Assembly (NCBI GenBank): GCA_045644545.1 | Contig: JAZRHC010000029.1 | Location: 13,868 to 77,867 of the forward strand | Reading direction: 5' to 3' | Origin: Candidatus Scatosoma sp. | Lineage (GTDB): Bacteria > Bacillota > Clostridia > Christensenellales > Borkfalkiaceae | DNA length: 64,000 bases | Part shown: one piece after another, positions 1 through 10,326 of the stretch | How positions within the stretch are numbered: the stretch's first letter is position 1 | How the letters are laid out: each line of letters opens with the position of its first letter | Made by a program: the position numbers and the translations under genes | The notes under the pieces: model-generated | What the model was told of the DNA's origin: nothing | What the model saw: only the letters and a program-made list of their open reading frames with translations | The model's database searches: none

Positions 1-85
1 AATCACCGTTTTAACGGCGCTCGACACGGCGAACGCGCTCGCGGATATTATCGCAAGTAAATTCACCGAGGACAACACCGAGCTC

Positions 86-958
86 GTGGATATCAACGCG
101 CTTAGAAAGGAAAAGCTCAAACTTTCCTTCACGAAAATGCAGTCCTGTGGCAACGATTATATCGTATTCGACAACCGCGACGGCAAGATCACTTGCCCCG
201 AATCCATCGCGGTAAACTACGTGATCCCGCACTACGGTATCGGCGGCGACGGTATCGTTCTGATCGAAAACTCGACGGTTGCGGACGCGAAAATGCGTAT
301 GTTCAATATCGACGGTTCGGAATCGAATATCGGCGGTAATCCCATTCGTTTCGTCGGGAAATATCTCTACGAAAAGGGAATCGTCGTCAAAAACGATATG
401 CGAATCGAAACGGCGAACGGCGTATACGAAGTGAAGGTCTATCCGTTCAGCGGCAAGGTGAACACGGCGAGCGTCAACCTCGGGAAGGTCGAGCTTGCGG
501 GAAAGAAAATTCCCTGCGTTTGGGACGAAGAACAAATCGTCGAAAAATCTATCAACGTGGGCGGGCTCGAATATAAAGTGACTCTCGTCAACGTCGGCAA
601 CCCCCATTGCGTGATTTTCAGCGATAAAGTGGACGCAATCAACGTGCCCGCAATCGGTCCTGATTTCGAAAACAGCGAATATTTCCCCGACGGCGTGAAT
701 ACGGAATTCGTCCGCGTAGTCAATAAAGTGACGATTAAAATGCGCGTTTGGGAACGCAAAAACGGCGAAACGTATTCTTGCGGTACGGGCGCGGCGGCGG
801 CAGTCGTGGCGGCGGTGCTTGCGGGCTATTGCGAGAAAGATACCAACGTCACCGTGAAGCTTCGCGGCGGGGACTTGACCGTAAACTATCATTCAAACGG
901 CGAAGTCGAGCTGCTCGGCAACGTTAAAACCGTCTACGAGGGAATGCTGGAAATTTAA
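86..958 (+). CDS. dapF: Diaminopimelate epimerase. The 5' boundary is uncertain because the frame is open to the window edge.
   Basis: N-terminal FTKMQSCGNDYIVFD resembles the DapF KMHGxGNDF motif. The second catalytic-Cys region is ETYSCGTGAAAAV. Length is about 280 aa. GTG at 86 is the first possible start, but the same frame has no stop back to nt 2. Confidence 0.85.
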   Translation: MDINALRKEKLKLSFTKMQSCGNDYIVFDNRDGKITCPESIAVNYVIPHYGIGGDGIVLIENSTVADAKMRMFNIDGSESNIGGNPIRFVGKYLYEKGIVVKNDMRIETANGVYEVKVYPFSGKVNTASVNLGKVELAGKKIPCVWDEEQIVEKSINVGGLEYKVTLVNVGNPHCVIFSDKVDAINVPAIGPDFENSEYFPDGVNTEFVRVVNKVTIKMRVWERKNGETYSCGTGAAAAVVAAVLAGYCEKDTNVTVKLRGGDLTVNYHSNGEVELLGNVKTVYEGMLEI

Positions 959-993
959 CGGCTTCCCCCGTAAAGGGAAAAGGAGGAAAGGAT

Positions 994-1638
994 TTGGATA
1001 TTTTATACGAAGAAAGCGCTTCTCCCCACAACGCAAAGCGCGGGGAAAAGTGGTATCGGGTCGTCAATATTATCTTTTATATCACGCTGATTATAGGGAT
1101 TATGGCGCTGTTTATGTGCTTGCTGAGTACGCCGTTTTGTTCGCCGTCCGCAGGCGCGACCGAAGAGCAAAAGCAAGCCTACGCTATGTCTTTGAGCTTT
1201 GGGATCACGTTCGGGTTTATCGGATTGTTTTTTATCTCCATTTGCGTTGCGACGTATCTTATCAAACGCAGGATCAACGTGAGCTACGATTATATTTTCG
1301 TTTCGGGGGATTTGAGAATTTCCAAAGTTTTCAATATCAATCGCCGTAAATTTATCTTAAAGCTCGAACCCGAAGATTTCTTGCAGATCGGGGATATCGA
1401 AAATCCGAGCTACGACCGCTTTAAAGGCGATCCGTCTATCAAAGAAACGGTGTTCACGCCCAACACGCAAGCCGCGGAAGGGAAGTTCTTTATGTATATT
1501 CTTGCGGCGACGGCAGTCGGGAAAAGGCTGTATGTTTTGGAATGTCGCGAAGAGCTTTTGATCAATATTTTGAAGTTCGTCAAGCGCGGTACGCTGGAAA
1601 CGGACTACGTGATGCAGGAAAAGAAAACGGCAAGGTAA
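994..1638 (+). CDS. Hypothetical membrane protein with two predicted TM helices and a soluble C-terminal domain
   Basis: TTG start preceded by aaaggaggaaagg. Hydrophobic stretches are VVNIIFYITLIIGIMALFMCLL and FGITFGFIGLFFISICVATYLI. No family recognised. Confidence 0.5.
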   Translation: MDILYEESASPHNAKRGEKWYRVVNIIFYITLIIGIMALFMCLLSTPFCSPSAGATEEQKQAYAMSLSFGITFGFIGLFFISICVATYLIKRRINVSYDYIFVSGDLRISKVFNINRRKFILKLEPEDFLQIGDIENPSYDRFKGDPSIKETVFTPNTQAAEGKFFMYILAATAVGKRLYVLECREELLINILKFVKRGTLETDYVMQEKKTAR

Positions 1639-1645
1639 AGAGAAT

Positions 1646-2776
1646 ATGATCTATCTCGACAACGCCGCGACGACGAAACCCGACGAAGAGTCGTTTTTAA
1701 AGGCGCGGGAATTTCTAACGGAAAAATTTTATAATCCTTCCGCGTTATATCGGGAAGGTCACGCATTGCAGAGCGAGCTTAAAAAAGCGCGCTCGGCTTT
1801 GCTTTCGGGGGTGGCGAGCGAATCGGATTTTGAACTCGTATTCACTTCCTGCGGCACGGAATCGGATAATCAAGCCGTATTCGGCTTTGCAAGGCGCGGC
1901 AACGCCGTGACGACGGCGGGCGAACATTCTGCGGTTGCGGCGGCGTTTTTAGAGCTTAAAAACCGCGGAGCTTGCGAGGCGCGTTTCGCTCCTTTAAAAA
2001 AAGACGGAAGCGTGGACGAACAAGCGCTTTTGTCGCTCGTAGACGAAAAAACTTCTTTCGTTTCGGTGATCCACGTGAATAACGAAACGGGGTCAGTCAA
2101 CGATATCAACGCGCTCGCAAAAGCCGTAAAGAAGAAAAATCCGCGCGTGATTTTTCATAGCGACGGCGTGCAAGCGTACGGAAAAATTCCATTTCGTCTT
2201 GCAAAGGAAGTGGATTTGTATTCGGTGAGCGCGCATAAGATCGGGGGGCTGAAAGGAGTCGGCGCTTTGATCAAGAGAAAATCCCTCGTTTTGCCTGCTT
2301 ACGTAATCGGTGGCGGACAGGAAAACGGCAGAAGAAGCGGCACGGAAAATACGTTTGGAATCAAACAATTCGAATACGCCGCGATTAAAAAATTTAACGC
2401 ACTCACAGCGGATTTTAAACGGCTACTTACTTATCGCGAAAGGTTTTGGGAGCTTCTTGATAAAGAAATTTTCATTCGTTTATCCCCCGAAAGCGGTTCG
2501 CCGTATATTTTGAGCGTTGCCGCAAAAGGCTTGCGGGGCGAGGTTTTATTGCATATGGCAAACGATCGGGGGTTGATCGTCGGCACGGGCTCGGCGTGTT
2601 CTTCCAATTCCAAAAACCGTTATAGTCGGGTGATCTTGGCGTGCGGTTACGACGAACGGACGGCGGACGGCGTACTTCGTATAAGTTTTTCGCCCGCAAC
2701 GACGGAAGAGGAGATCGAAAAGGGCGCGGAAATTTTGAACGAGGTCGGGCGCGATCTGGCGCGCAGAATGAAATAA
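1646..2776 (+). CDS. Cysteine desulfurase (class V aminotransferase, NifS/IscS-like)
   Basis: PLP-lysine context SAHKIGGLKGVGAL and catalytic Cys loop GSACSS. N-terminus is MIYLDNAATT. It lies immediately upstream of thiI. Confidence 0.85.
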   Translation: MIYLDNAATTKPDEESFLKAREFLTEKFYNPSALYREGHALQSELKKARSALLSGVASESDFELVFTSCGTESDNQAVFGFARRGNAVTTAGEHSAVAAAFLELKNRGACEARFAPLKKDGSVDEQALLSLVDEKTSFVSVIHVNNETGSVNDINALAKAVKKKNPRVIFHSDGVQAYGKIPFRLAKEVDLYSVSAHKIGGLKGVGALIKRKSLVLPAYVIGGGQENGRRSGTENTFGIKQFEYAAIKKFNALTADFKRLLTYRERFWELLDKEIFIRLSPESGSPYILSVAAKGLRGEVLLHMANDRGLIVGTGSACSSNSKNRYSRVILACGYDERTADGVLRISFSPATTEEEIEKGAEILNEVGRDLARRMK

Positions 2777-2791
2777 AATTAAGGAAGAACT

Positions 2792-3946
2792 ATGAACAAA
2801 GTGATTATTATCCGCTATGCGGAAATTTGGTTAAAAGGCAAAAACCGCGGCTATTTCGAGCGTATGTTCGAAACCAACCTCAAAGCCGCGTTGAAAGGAA
2901 TCGAGCATAAATTCGTTAAACAATGCGGGCGGTATTTGGTCGAGGACTTTGCCGAATACGAAACGGAAGAAATCGTCGAACGCTTGAAAAAGGTATTCGG
3001 CGTGCATACGCTGAGCTTGGCATACGAAACGGACGCGGATATGAACAGCATTTTCGAAACGGCGAAGCTCGTTTGCAGGGAAGAAGGCACTTTCAAAGTG
3101 GAATCCCACCGCGGCGATAAAAGATATCCGAAAACTTCGGTGGAGATCAGCCGCGAGCTCGGCGGTATGTTGCTTGGGGCGTTTCACAAGCTCAAAGTAG
3201 ACGTGCATAATCCCGATTTCACCGTGCGCGTGGATATTCGCGAAAACGGCAAGGCGCTCGTGTTCGGAGAATTTATCGAAGGGGCGAACGGTATGCCCGT
3301 GGGCACGGCGGGGAAGGGCTTGTTGCTCTTGTCGGGCGGGATCGATAGCCCCGTCGCGGGCTATATGATGGCAAAGCGCGGTATGCGCGTGGATTGTCTG
3401 CATTTCCATAGCTATCCCTATACCAACGAACAGGCAAAGGAAAAGGTCGTGGAGCTTGCCAACATTTTATCGCAATATACCTGTGGTACGAATCTGTATA
3501 CGGTGAGCGTAACCCATATTCAAGAATTCATTCACGAGCATTGTAAAGCGGAATTGATGATAACGCTTTTGCGGCGGTTTATGTATCGGATAGCCGAGCG
3601 GCTGGCTCTTAGAAAGAGCGCGCAATGCTTGATCACGGGCGAAAGCCTTGGGCAGGTGGCAAGTCAAACGATCGAGGGGGTAACTTCGTCGAATTCCGTC
3701 GTGGAGAAATTGCCCGTTCTTCGCCCCTTGATCGGGTTTGATAAAAACGAGATTATCGACCGTTCGGTAAAAATGGGCGCGTACGAAACCTCCATTCTCC
3801 CGTTTGAGGATTGTTGCACGGTGTTTTTGCCCGATTTCCCCGCGATCAAACCCAAGCTTTCGGATATCCTTTCCGAGGAAAGCAAACTCGACGTGGAAGG
3901 CTTGATCAAGGAAGCCTTCGAATCCCTTGAAAAAATAGAAATTTAA
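2792..3946 (+). CDS. thiI: tRNA 4-thiouridine synthase / sulfurtransferase ThiI
   Basis: N-terminus IIRYAEIWLKGKNR (THUMP-type) and PP-loop motif LLLSGGIDSPVAGY. Length is about 384 aa. Confidence 0.9.
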   Translation: MNKVIIIRYAEIWLKGKNRGYFERMFETNLKAALKGIEHKFVKQCGRYLVEDFAEYETEEIVERLKKVFGVHTLSLAYETDADMNSIFETAKLVCREEGTFKVESHRGDKRYPKTSVEISRELGGMLLGAFHKLKVDVHNPDFTVRVDIRENGKALVFGEFIEGANGMPVGTAGKGLLLLSGGIDSPVAGYMMAKRGMRVDCLHFHSYPYTNEQAKEKVVELANILSQYTCGTNLYTVSVTHIQEFIHEHCKAELMITLLRRFMYRIAERLALRKSAQCLITGESLGQVASQTIEGVTSSNSVVEKLPVLRPLIGFDKNEIIDRSVKMGAYETSILPFEDCCTVFLPDFPAIKPKLSDILSEESKLDVEGLIKEAFESLEKIEI

Positions 3947-3968
3947 GGCAAAATAAGCTAATACGATA

Positions 3969-4005
3969 GAACGCCCCGCTTGCAAAATCTGCAAGCGGGG
4001 CGTTC
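3969..4005. terminator. Perfect 16-bp hairpin between convergent thiI and the PBP gene, probably a bidirectional terminator
   Basis: The arm gaacgccccgcttgca (3969-3984) pairs perfectly with tgcaagcggggcgttc (3990-4005) across a 5-nt loop. Confidence 0.7.
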
Positions 4006-4007
4006 GC

Positions 4008-6248
4008 TTAATATTCCCACCAATCTTTATTCGTAATTTCGGGCGGCTCGTTTGGCGGCTTTGCAGAGCCTTTTAAACTAATTTCTGGCAAAACCACGGC
4101 TTTTCCCTTGACCCCGTTATACACGGGGATCACGGTGTAGATATAATTTTTATTCTCTTTCACGCCTTCGTCCGAGAAGATTTTTTGATATTTGCCTTGA
4201 TATATCGTACTATGCGTCGCATAATCATAGCGTTGAATGATATAGTCGTAATAGTCGGGCGCGCCGTTTGAAAAATCAATTCTAACCGTCCTTCCCCAAA
4301 CGCTTATTTGCGGCGCAGAAATGCTCGGATTGCTGAATTTATAAGACTTTCCGCGCGGTAGCGCAGAAGATTTGAACATCTCCGAAAACACGAATTGTTT
4401 GGGCGCGTTTTCGTCTGCGAGTACTATGTTATGCGTATCAGAGTACTCTATTTTATCGAGGTTTACCGTTTGCACGCCGTTCGGCTTTTGAAAGCTTTGG
4501 ATTTTTTCGTTTCGTAAAAGATATCGGTTATAAAGATATTCGTTCACCGCGTAGGCAATATTGCACGGCTCGCCGCCGCCCGTGAAGGGGATCGCGGAAT
4601 GATCGGCGTTGCCGAGCCATACGCCCACGATATCTTTGGTCGTAACGGTAACGGCGTACGCGTCGGTGTTTTTTTCTTTCGTTCCCGCCGTTCCCGTTTT
4701 TGCCGCGACTTGAAAAGGCAAAGAGCGGAGTTTTTTCGCCGTTCCCGTTTGCGCCGCGGTTTTTAACATATCCGTCGTAAGATACGCCGTTTCTTCCGAA
4801 AAAACCCGCGTTTTTTTGATTTTTCTTTTATATACGCTTCTGCCGTCGATCACGACTTCTTTAATAAACGCACCGCTTTCGTATTCTCCGCCTTCGGAGA
4901 ATGCGGAATAAGCGGAAACGAGCTGTTTTAAGCTATACCCGTCTTTCATTCCGCCGAGCGCGAGCGCGAGGGATTCGTCCTCTTTTTTAAGAGGCAGCCC
5001 AAGCTTTTCAAGATAAGACTTAGCCTTTTCGATTCCGACGGAATTCAACACCTTTACCGCGGGGATATTCAAGCTTTTGGCAAGCGCTTCGCGCGCGCTT
5101 ACGTACCCCGAATACCCGCCGCCGTAGTTTTCGGGGCTATATCCCGAAAAATTCGTCTTTTCGTCGAGAATCGCCGTTGCAGGGGAAAGCTGATTCAGCT
5201 CTATCGCGGGCGCGTAGACGAGCAAGGGCTTTAAAATAGACCCCGGCGAACGCGCGATATTTCCGATCGTCGAATAACAGCCCTTAAAGCCGTGCGTTTT
5301 CGTATCGAGCACCGTCACGGTCTTGTCGCTCGGCGTATCTTTCGCCGCTTGCGCGAGCGCGGACTGTAAGTCCTCGTCTAAATAGGTGTAAATTTGCAAT
5401 CTGCCGCCGACCGTGAAGGAGTATTTTTCGGCGAGCGTTTCCAGCTCGTCGAATACGAAACGCAAATAGCTTTCGCCGCCGAGCGAAACGGACGGAGCGG
5501 TGGGGAGCGGCTCGCCGAGAGCTAACGCGTATTCCGTTTTATCGATATGCCCTTGCGCTTTCATTAAGGACAGCACGAGATTTCGCCGCTTTTCGCATTG
5601 AACGGGATTTTTAAAAGGGGAATAATTGTTGGGGGATTTTACGAGCCCTGCTAAAATCGCGCTTTCCGAAACGGTCAGCTCGCTCGGCGTTTTTCCGAAA
5701 TAATATTCGGAGGCAGAGCCGATCCCGAAACAGCTGTGCCCGAAATAGATGGTATTTAAATACTTCTCTAAAATTTCCTCTTTGGAATAACGGTTTTCAA
5801 GCCGTTTTGTCAGTTTGATTTCTTTAAGCTTCCGCTTGATCGTCTTTTCTTGCGACAAATGCGTGTTTTTGATCAGCTGTTGCGAAATGGTGGACGCGCC
5901 TTCTTTAAAGGACATTGACCCAAGATTTCGCACTGCCGCTTTAACCATTCTTTTAAAATCGAAACCGCCGTGCGAATAAAAGCGTTTGTCTTCCGTATCG
6001 ACGAACGCGCGTTTGGTGTGCTCGGGTAAATTTTCCGCTTTTACGGTGTTTTTCTTGGAAAGCACGCCCGCGCTTTTCACCGCTTTTCCTAAATCTCCGT
6101 ACACGGTTGCCGTAAGGTCGGATAATAAAAGCTTTTCGGGGCAGAGGTTAGCGTCTTTGGTCACGCTCGTATAGTACGCGCCCGCGCCGATCGCGGCGGC
6201 GAAAACGAACAGTAAAGTCGATAAGATAAAAATGCGAAGAAATTTCAT
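4008..6248 (-). CDS. Class A penicillin-binding protein (glycosyltransferase plus transpeptidase) with a C-terminal extension
   Basis: N-terminal TM anchor. GT51 motifs are EDKRFYSHGGFD and GASTISQQL. Transpeptidase motifs are SPGSILKP (SxxK) and KTGTAGT (KTG). About 150 extra C-terminal residues. Confidence 0.9.
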   Translation of the reverse strand: MKFLRIFILSTLLFVFAAAIGAGAYYTSVTKDANLCPEKLLLSDLTATVYGDLGKAVKSAGVLSKKNTVKAENLPEHTKRAFVDTEDKRFYSHGGFDFKRMVKAAVRNLGSMSFKEGASTISQQLIKNTHLSQEKTIKRKLKEIKLTKRLENRYSKEEILEKYLNTIYFGHSCFGIGSASEYYFGKTPSELTVSESAILAGLVKSPNNYSPFKNPVQCEKRRNLVLSLMKAQGHIDKTEYALALGEPLPTAPSVSLGGESYLRFVFDELETLAEKYSFTVGGRLQIYTYLDEDLQSALAQAAKDTPSDKTVTVLDTKTHGFKGCYSTIGNIARSPGSILKPLLVYAPAIELNQLSPATAILDEKTNFSGYSPENYGGGYSGYVSAREALAKSLNIPAVKVLNSVGIEKAKSYLEKLGLPLKKEDESLALALGGMKDGYSLKQLVSAYSAFSEGGEYESGAFIKEVVIDGRSVYKRKIKKTRVFSEETAYLTTDMLKTAAQTGTAKKLRSLPFQVAAKTGTAGTKEKNTDAYAVTVTTKDIVGVWLGNADHSAIPFTGGGEPCNIAYAVNEYLYNRYLLRNEKIQSFQKPNGVQTVNLDKIEYSDTHNIVLADENAPKQFVFSEMFKSSALPRGKSYKFSNPSISAPQISVWGRTVRIDFSNGAPDYYDYIIQRYDYATHSTIYQGKYQKIFSDEGVKENKNYIYTVIPVYNGVKGKAVVLPEISLKGSAKPPNEPPEITNKDWWEY

Positions 6249-6323
6249 TGAAAACAGTATTCGCCGAAAAGTATTTTTTATGACGAAAAAACGGATAAAA
6301 TACCCCGAAAACCCTTTAAAGAC

Positions 6324-6352
6324 TTGATAAAATTTTCAAAAAATAGTATAAT
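6324..6352 (+). promoter_or_regulatory. SigmaA-type promoter for miaB-mutS-mutL-miaA
   Basis: TTGATA (6324-6329), a 17-nt spacer, then TATAAT (6347-6352). The ORF-track TTG start at 6324 is the -35 hexamer. Confidence 0.6.
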
Positions 6353-6383
6353 AGAAAGAAAATGCCCTCAGGTAAAAAGGATT

Positions 6384-7730
6384 ATGACGGAAAAATACCA
6401 TATCGTGACCTACGGTTGCCAAATGAACGTGCACGAATCGGAAAAGATCGCGGGCGTTTTGCGGCGTATGGGCTACGAAGAAACGCAAAATAAAGAGGAC
6501 GCGGACGTGATCGTGTTCAATACTTGTTGCATCCGCGAAAACGCCGAAAATCACGCGTTCGGCAATATCGGCGCGCTCAAAAAACTCAAAAAGCAAAAGC
6601 CGTCGCTTTTGATCGTCGTCGGCGGCTGTATGACGCAGGAAAAGGGTAAAACGGAAGTGCTTTCAAAGAAATTCCCGTTTATCGATATAATGTTCGGAAC
6701 GCTGAATTTGGAAGAGCTCGAAACGCTGATTCTCCAAAAACGCGAACAGAAAAAACGGGTCGTTAAGATCCGCGAAAGGGAAGGCGAGATCGTCGAAACC
6801 TTAGAGCCGTATCGGACGAGCTATCCCAACGCTTGGGTGAATATCACCTACGGTTGCAATAATTTTTGTTCGTATTGTATCGTGCCGTACGTTCGCGGGC
6901 GCGAGCGGTCGAGAAAGCCCGAAAATATCGTGGCGGAGTGCAAAAAGCTCGTTGCGGAAGGGTATAAAGAGATCACGCTTTTAGGTCAGAACGTAAATTC
7001 CTACGGCGCGGACGGGAGTACGGGAATGAATTTTGCCGAACTTTTGGATTCGGTGGCTTCGATCGAAGGAAAGTTCCGCCTTCGTTTTATGACGAGCCAC
7101 CCCAAGGACTTCAACGAAGAGGTCGTAAAGGTGATGCAAAAGCACCGTAAAATTATGCGACTCGTGCATTTGCCCGTGCAATCGGGCTCAAACGCCGTGT
7201 TGCAGGCAATGAACCGCCGTTACACCCGCGAAAAGTACCTTTCGGAGATTAAAATGCTCCGTTCCTATTTCCCCGAAGCGGAGGTCACGACGGATATTAT
7301 CGTAGGCTTCCCGAACGAAACGGAAGAAGATTATTTGCAGACGGAATCGCTCGTGAAAGAAGTCGATTTTGCTTCGGCGTTCACCTTCGTTTATTCCAAG
7401 CGAACGGGCACGAAGGCGGCGACGATGGAAGGGCAGATCCCCGAAGACGTCCAAAAAGACCGCATTATGCGGCTCGTGGAGCTCGTCAACTCGCTTACCC
7501 GAAAAAAATCCGAAAAATACCTCGGCAAAACGATCGAGATTCTCTGCGAGGACTACGACGAAAAGCGCGGGATGTATTTGGGGCGCGACGAGTTCGGGCG
7601 AATGGGCTATTTTAAAAGCGAGAAAAATTTGATCGGGGAATTCGTTTTTCTCAAAATCACCGAAGCGAACGGCATTTCTCTTTACGGGCAAATCGCGGAA
7701 AATCTTGAATTAGATAAGGCAGGTAAATAA
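6384..7730 (+). CDS. miaB: tRNA-i6A37 methylthiotransferase MiaB (radical SAM)
   Basis: UPF0004 domain YHIVTYGCQMNVHESE, radical-SAM motif GCNNFCSYCIVPYVRG, and a C-terminal TRAM region. ATG at 6384 follows aaaaagg and lies downstream of the predicted promoter. Confidence 0.9.
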   Translation: MTEKYHIVTYGCQMNVHESEKIAGVLRRMGYEETQNKEDADVIVFNTCCIRENAENHAFGNIGALKKLKKQKPSLLIVVGGCMTQEKGKTEVLSKKFPFIDIMFGTLNLEELETLILQKREQKKRVVKIREREGEIVETLEPYRTSYPNAWVNITYGCNNFCSYCIVPYVRGRERSRKPENIVAECKKLVAEGYKEITLLGQNVNSYGADGSTGMNFAELLDSVASIEGKFRLRFMTSHPKDFNEEVVKVMQKHRKIMRLVHLPVQSGSNAVLQAMNRRYTREKYLSEIKMLRSYFPEAEVTTDIIVGFPNETEEDYLQTESLVKEVDFASAFTFVYSKRTGTKAATMEGQIPEDVQKDRIMRLVELVNSLTRKKSEKYLGKTIEILCEDYDEKRGMYLGRDEFGRMGYFKSEKNLIGEFVFLKITEANGISLYGQIAENLELDKAGK

Positions 7731-7733
7731 ACG

Positions 7734-10325
7734 ATGGCGCTTTCACAAATGATGCAGCATTATATCGAAACGAAAGAAAAATACAAGGATTGTATCGTAT
7801 TTTATCGGCTCGGCGATTTCTACGAAATGTTTTTCGAGGACGCGATCAAGGTATCCAAAATGCTGGAACTCACCCTCACGGGCAGGGATTGCGGGCTTGC
7901 GGAGCGCGCGCCGATGTGCGGGATTCCCTATCACGCTTCGGAAGGGTATATCGCGAAGCTCGTCGCGCTCGGAGAAAAGGTCGCGATTTGCGAACAGCTC
8001 ACCGAACCGGGCGCGGGCAAGCTCGTAGAGCGCGACGTCGTGCGGATCGTTTCGGCGGGTACGCTCATTGACGATTCAATGCTCGACGAAGGCAAAAACA
8101 ACTATATCGCGAGTATTTTCAAAAACGGCGAGGAGATTGCGGCGGCGTGGGCAGATCTCACGACGGGGGAATTTTGCGCGCAGGAATTTAAGGGAGAACG
8201 GGCGATCGACGAGGTCGTAAGTCTGCTTTTTAAAATTTCCGCGGCGGAAATTATCTGCAACGACGATATGCTTTTGGCGAGCAAAAATATCAAAGAAATC
8301 AAACACAATCAATTGCCGCCTTTTTCCTGCTACGTCGCGTGGGCGTTCAACGTTAAGCACGCGGAAAAGAATCTTACGGAGCAGTTTAATTCGTTGTCGT
8401 TATCCGCTTACGCAATCGCTGCGAAAGACAATTTGATTTCGGCGGCGGGGGCGCTCGTCGAATACCTTCGGGAAACGCAAAAGCACGCGTTGAAAAACAT
8501 CAATACGATCAAAGTCGTAAGCCAAGAAAAATATATGACTTTGGACAGTATCGCGATTCGCAACCTCGAACTCGTGAAAAACAACGCCGAAGGCAAAAAG
8601 TACGGCACGCTTTCGTGGATTTTGGATAAAACGAAAACGGGTATGGGAATGCGGCTTATGAACAACCTCATTCTTTCCCCGCTTCGCAATTTGGACGAGA
8701 TCAACTACCGCTTAGACGGCGTAGAGGAGCTTGTAAACGCTTCGGTGGCGCGTATGGCGCTCGTGGAAACGCTGAAAGAAATGCGGGATATCGAACGGCT
8801 TTCGGGCAAGATATCCAACGGAAACTTAACGCCGCGGGATTGCGAATCGATTGCAAAATCCTTGCTTTTTGTCCCCGCGATCAAATTCCAGCTCGTAGGC
8901 TTTTCTTCGCCGATCCTTCGCGCTCTCGACGAGGGGATTTTGGAACTGAAACCGCTCGCGCAGTATCTTTGCGCGGCGATCGCCGACAATCCGCCCGTAT
9001 CGATGAAGGACGGCGGGTATATTCGCGAGGGCTTTAACGCGGAGCTCGACGAGCTTCGTTTGATCGCCACGAACGGAAAGGCGATCGTAAAAGATATCGA
9101 AGCCCGCGAAAAGGAACGCACGGGCATTAAGACCTTGAAGATAGGCTATAACCGCGTGTTTGGCTATTATATCGAGGTCAGCAATTCGTTTAAGGATAAA
9201 ACGCCCGAGGAGTATATCAGAAGACAGACGCTTTCCACGGGCGAACGCTATATCACGGAGGAGCTCAAAGAGCTCGAAGATAAGATCCTTTCGAGCGGCG
9301 AACGCGCTTTAAAGCTGGAAGCGCGACTCTACGAAGAACTCACGGGCGTGCTTACGGGCAATATTTTGCAGCTTCAAAAGCTCGCTTCGTCTATCGCTAT
9401 GCTCGATTGCTTGCTCTCGTTTGCTTCCGTATCGAAAGAACGCCGCTACGTGCGCCCGAAAATGTTGGAAAGCGGCGGAAAGCTGGAAATCAAGGAAGGG
9501 CGGCATCCCGTCGTCGAGGCAATCACGAAAGAACGCTTCGTGCCCAACGATACCTTGCTCGATAACGAAGAAAACCGCAGCGCGATTATCACGGGACCGA
9601 ATATGGCGGGAAAAAGCACGTATATGCGACAGGTCGCGCTGATCACGTTGATGGCGCATATCGGCTGTTTCGTGCCCGCAAAGCAAGCGGAAATTCCTTT
9701 AACCGACAGGATATTCACCCGCGTGGGCGCAAGCGATAACTTGATTTTAGATCAAAGTACCTTTATGGTTGAAATGACGGAGGTTGCCTCTATTCTTCTA
9801 AACGCCACGCGCGATAGCTTGCTCGTTTTGGACGAGGTCGGCAGGGGCACGAGTACCTACGACGGACTTTCGATCGCTTGGTCGGTCATTGAATTTTTAA
9901 CCGAAAAAATTCGCGCGAAAACCTTGTTCGCAACGCACTATCACGAGCTTACCGAGCTCGAAAACACGACGGAAGGAGTAAAAAATTATAAAGTTACCGT
10001 TCGCGAATTAAACGGTACGGTCGTGTTCCTCAGAAAGATTGCAAGGGGCGGGGCGAATAGAAGCTTCGGGATTGAGGTCGCTTCCCTTGCGGGCGTGCCC
10101 AAAGAAGTGACGGCGCGTGCGAAAGGGATTTTGAAAGCGCTTGAAAAGAGCGATATTGCCAAAGGCAAAATCGATTTTATGCAAACGGAGGAGGAAGCAG
10201 AAGAAGCGCGCCCGTTAAGCGAAGTCGAGCAATTGCTTGCGGATATCGACGTCAACACCCTTTCGCCGATGCAAGCGTTGATGCTGATCAGCGATTTAAA
10301 GGATAAATTAGCTACGGAGAAGTAA
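7734..10325 (+). CDS. mutS: DNA mismatch repair protein MutS
   Basis: N-terminus MMQHYIETKEKYKDCIVFYRLGDFYEMFFEDA. Walker A is GPNMAGKSTYMRQ. Also has DEVGRGTSTYDG and a length of 863 aa. Confidence 0.95.
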   Translation: MALSQMMQHYIETKEKYKDCIVFYRLGDFYEMFFEDAIKVSKMLELTLTGRDCGLAERAPMCGIPYHASEGYIAKLVALGEKVAICEQLTEPGAGKLVERDVVRIVSAGTLIDDSMLDEGKNNYIASIFKNGEEIAAAWADLTTGEFCAQEFKGERAIDEVVSLLFKISAAEIICNDDMLLASKNIKEIKHNQLPPFSCYVAWAFNVKHAEKNLTEQFNSLSLSAYAIAAKDNLISAAGALVEYLRETQKHALKNINTIKVVSQEKYMTLDSIAIRNLELVKNNAEGKKYGTLSWILDKTKTGMGMRLMNNLILSPLRNLDEINYRLDGVEELVNASVARMALVETLKEMRDIERLSGKISNGNLTPRDCESIAKSLLFVPAIKFQLVGFSSPILRALDEGILELKPLAQYLCAAIADNPPVSMKDGGYIREGFNAELDELRLIATNGKAIVKDIEAREKERTGIKTLKIGYNRVFGYYIEVSNSFKDKTPEEYIRRQTLSTGERYITEELKELEDKILSSGERALKLEARLYEELTGVLTGNILQLQKLASSIAMLDCLLSFASVSKERRYVRPKMLESGGKLEIKEGRHPVVEAITKERFVPNDTLLDNEENRSAIITGPNMAGKSTYMRQVALITLMAHIGCFVPAKQAEIPLTDRIFTRVGASDNLILDQSTFMVEMTEVASILLNATRDSLLVLDEVGRGTSTYDGLSIAWSVIEFLTEKIRAKTLFATHYHELTELENTTEGVKNYKVTVRELNGTVVFLRKIARGGANRSFGIEVASLAGVPKEVTARAKGILKALEKSDIAKGKIDFMQTEEEAEEARPLSEVEQLLADIDVNTLSPMQALMLISDLKDKLATEK

Positions 10326-10326
10326 T

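Noticed and set aside
11-892. 293-aa ORF on the minus strand
   Set aside because: It is entirely antisense to dapF, which has clear family motifs. The ORF is R/H/V-rich with no recognisable motif, which is typical of a shadow ORF.
6324-6383. 20-codon N-terminal extension of miaB from the ORF track (TTG at 6324)
   Set aside because: That TTG is the -35 hexamer of a TTGATA-17-TATAAT promoter. ATG 6384 has an RBS and gives the canonical MiaB N-terminus.
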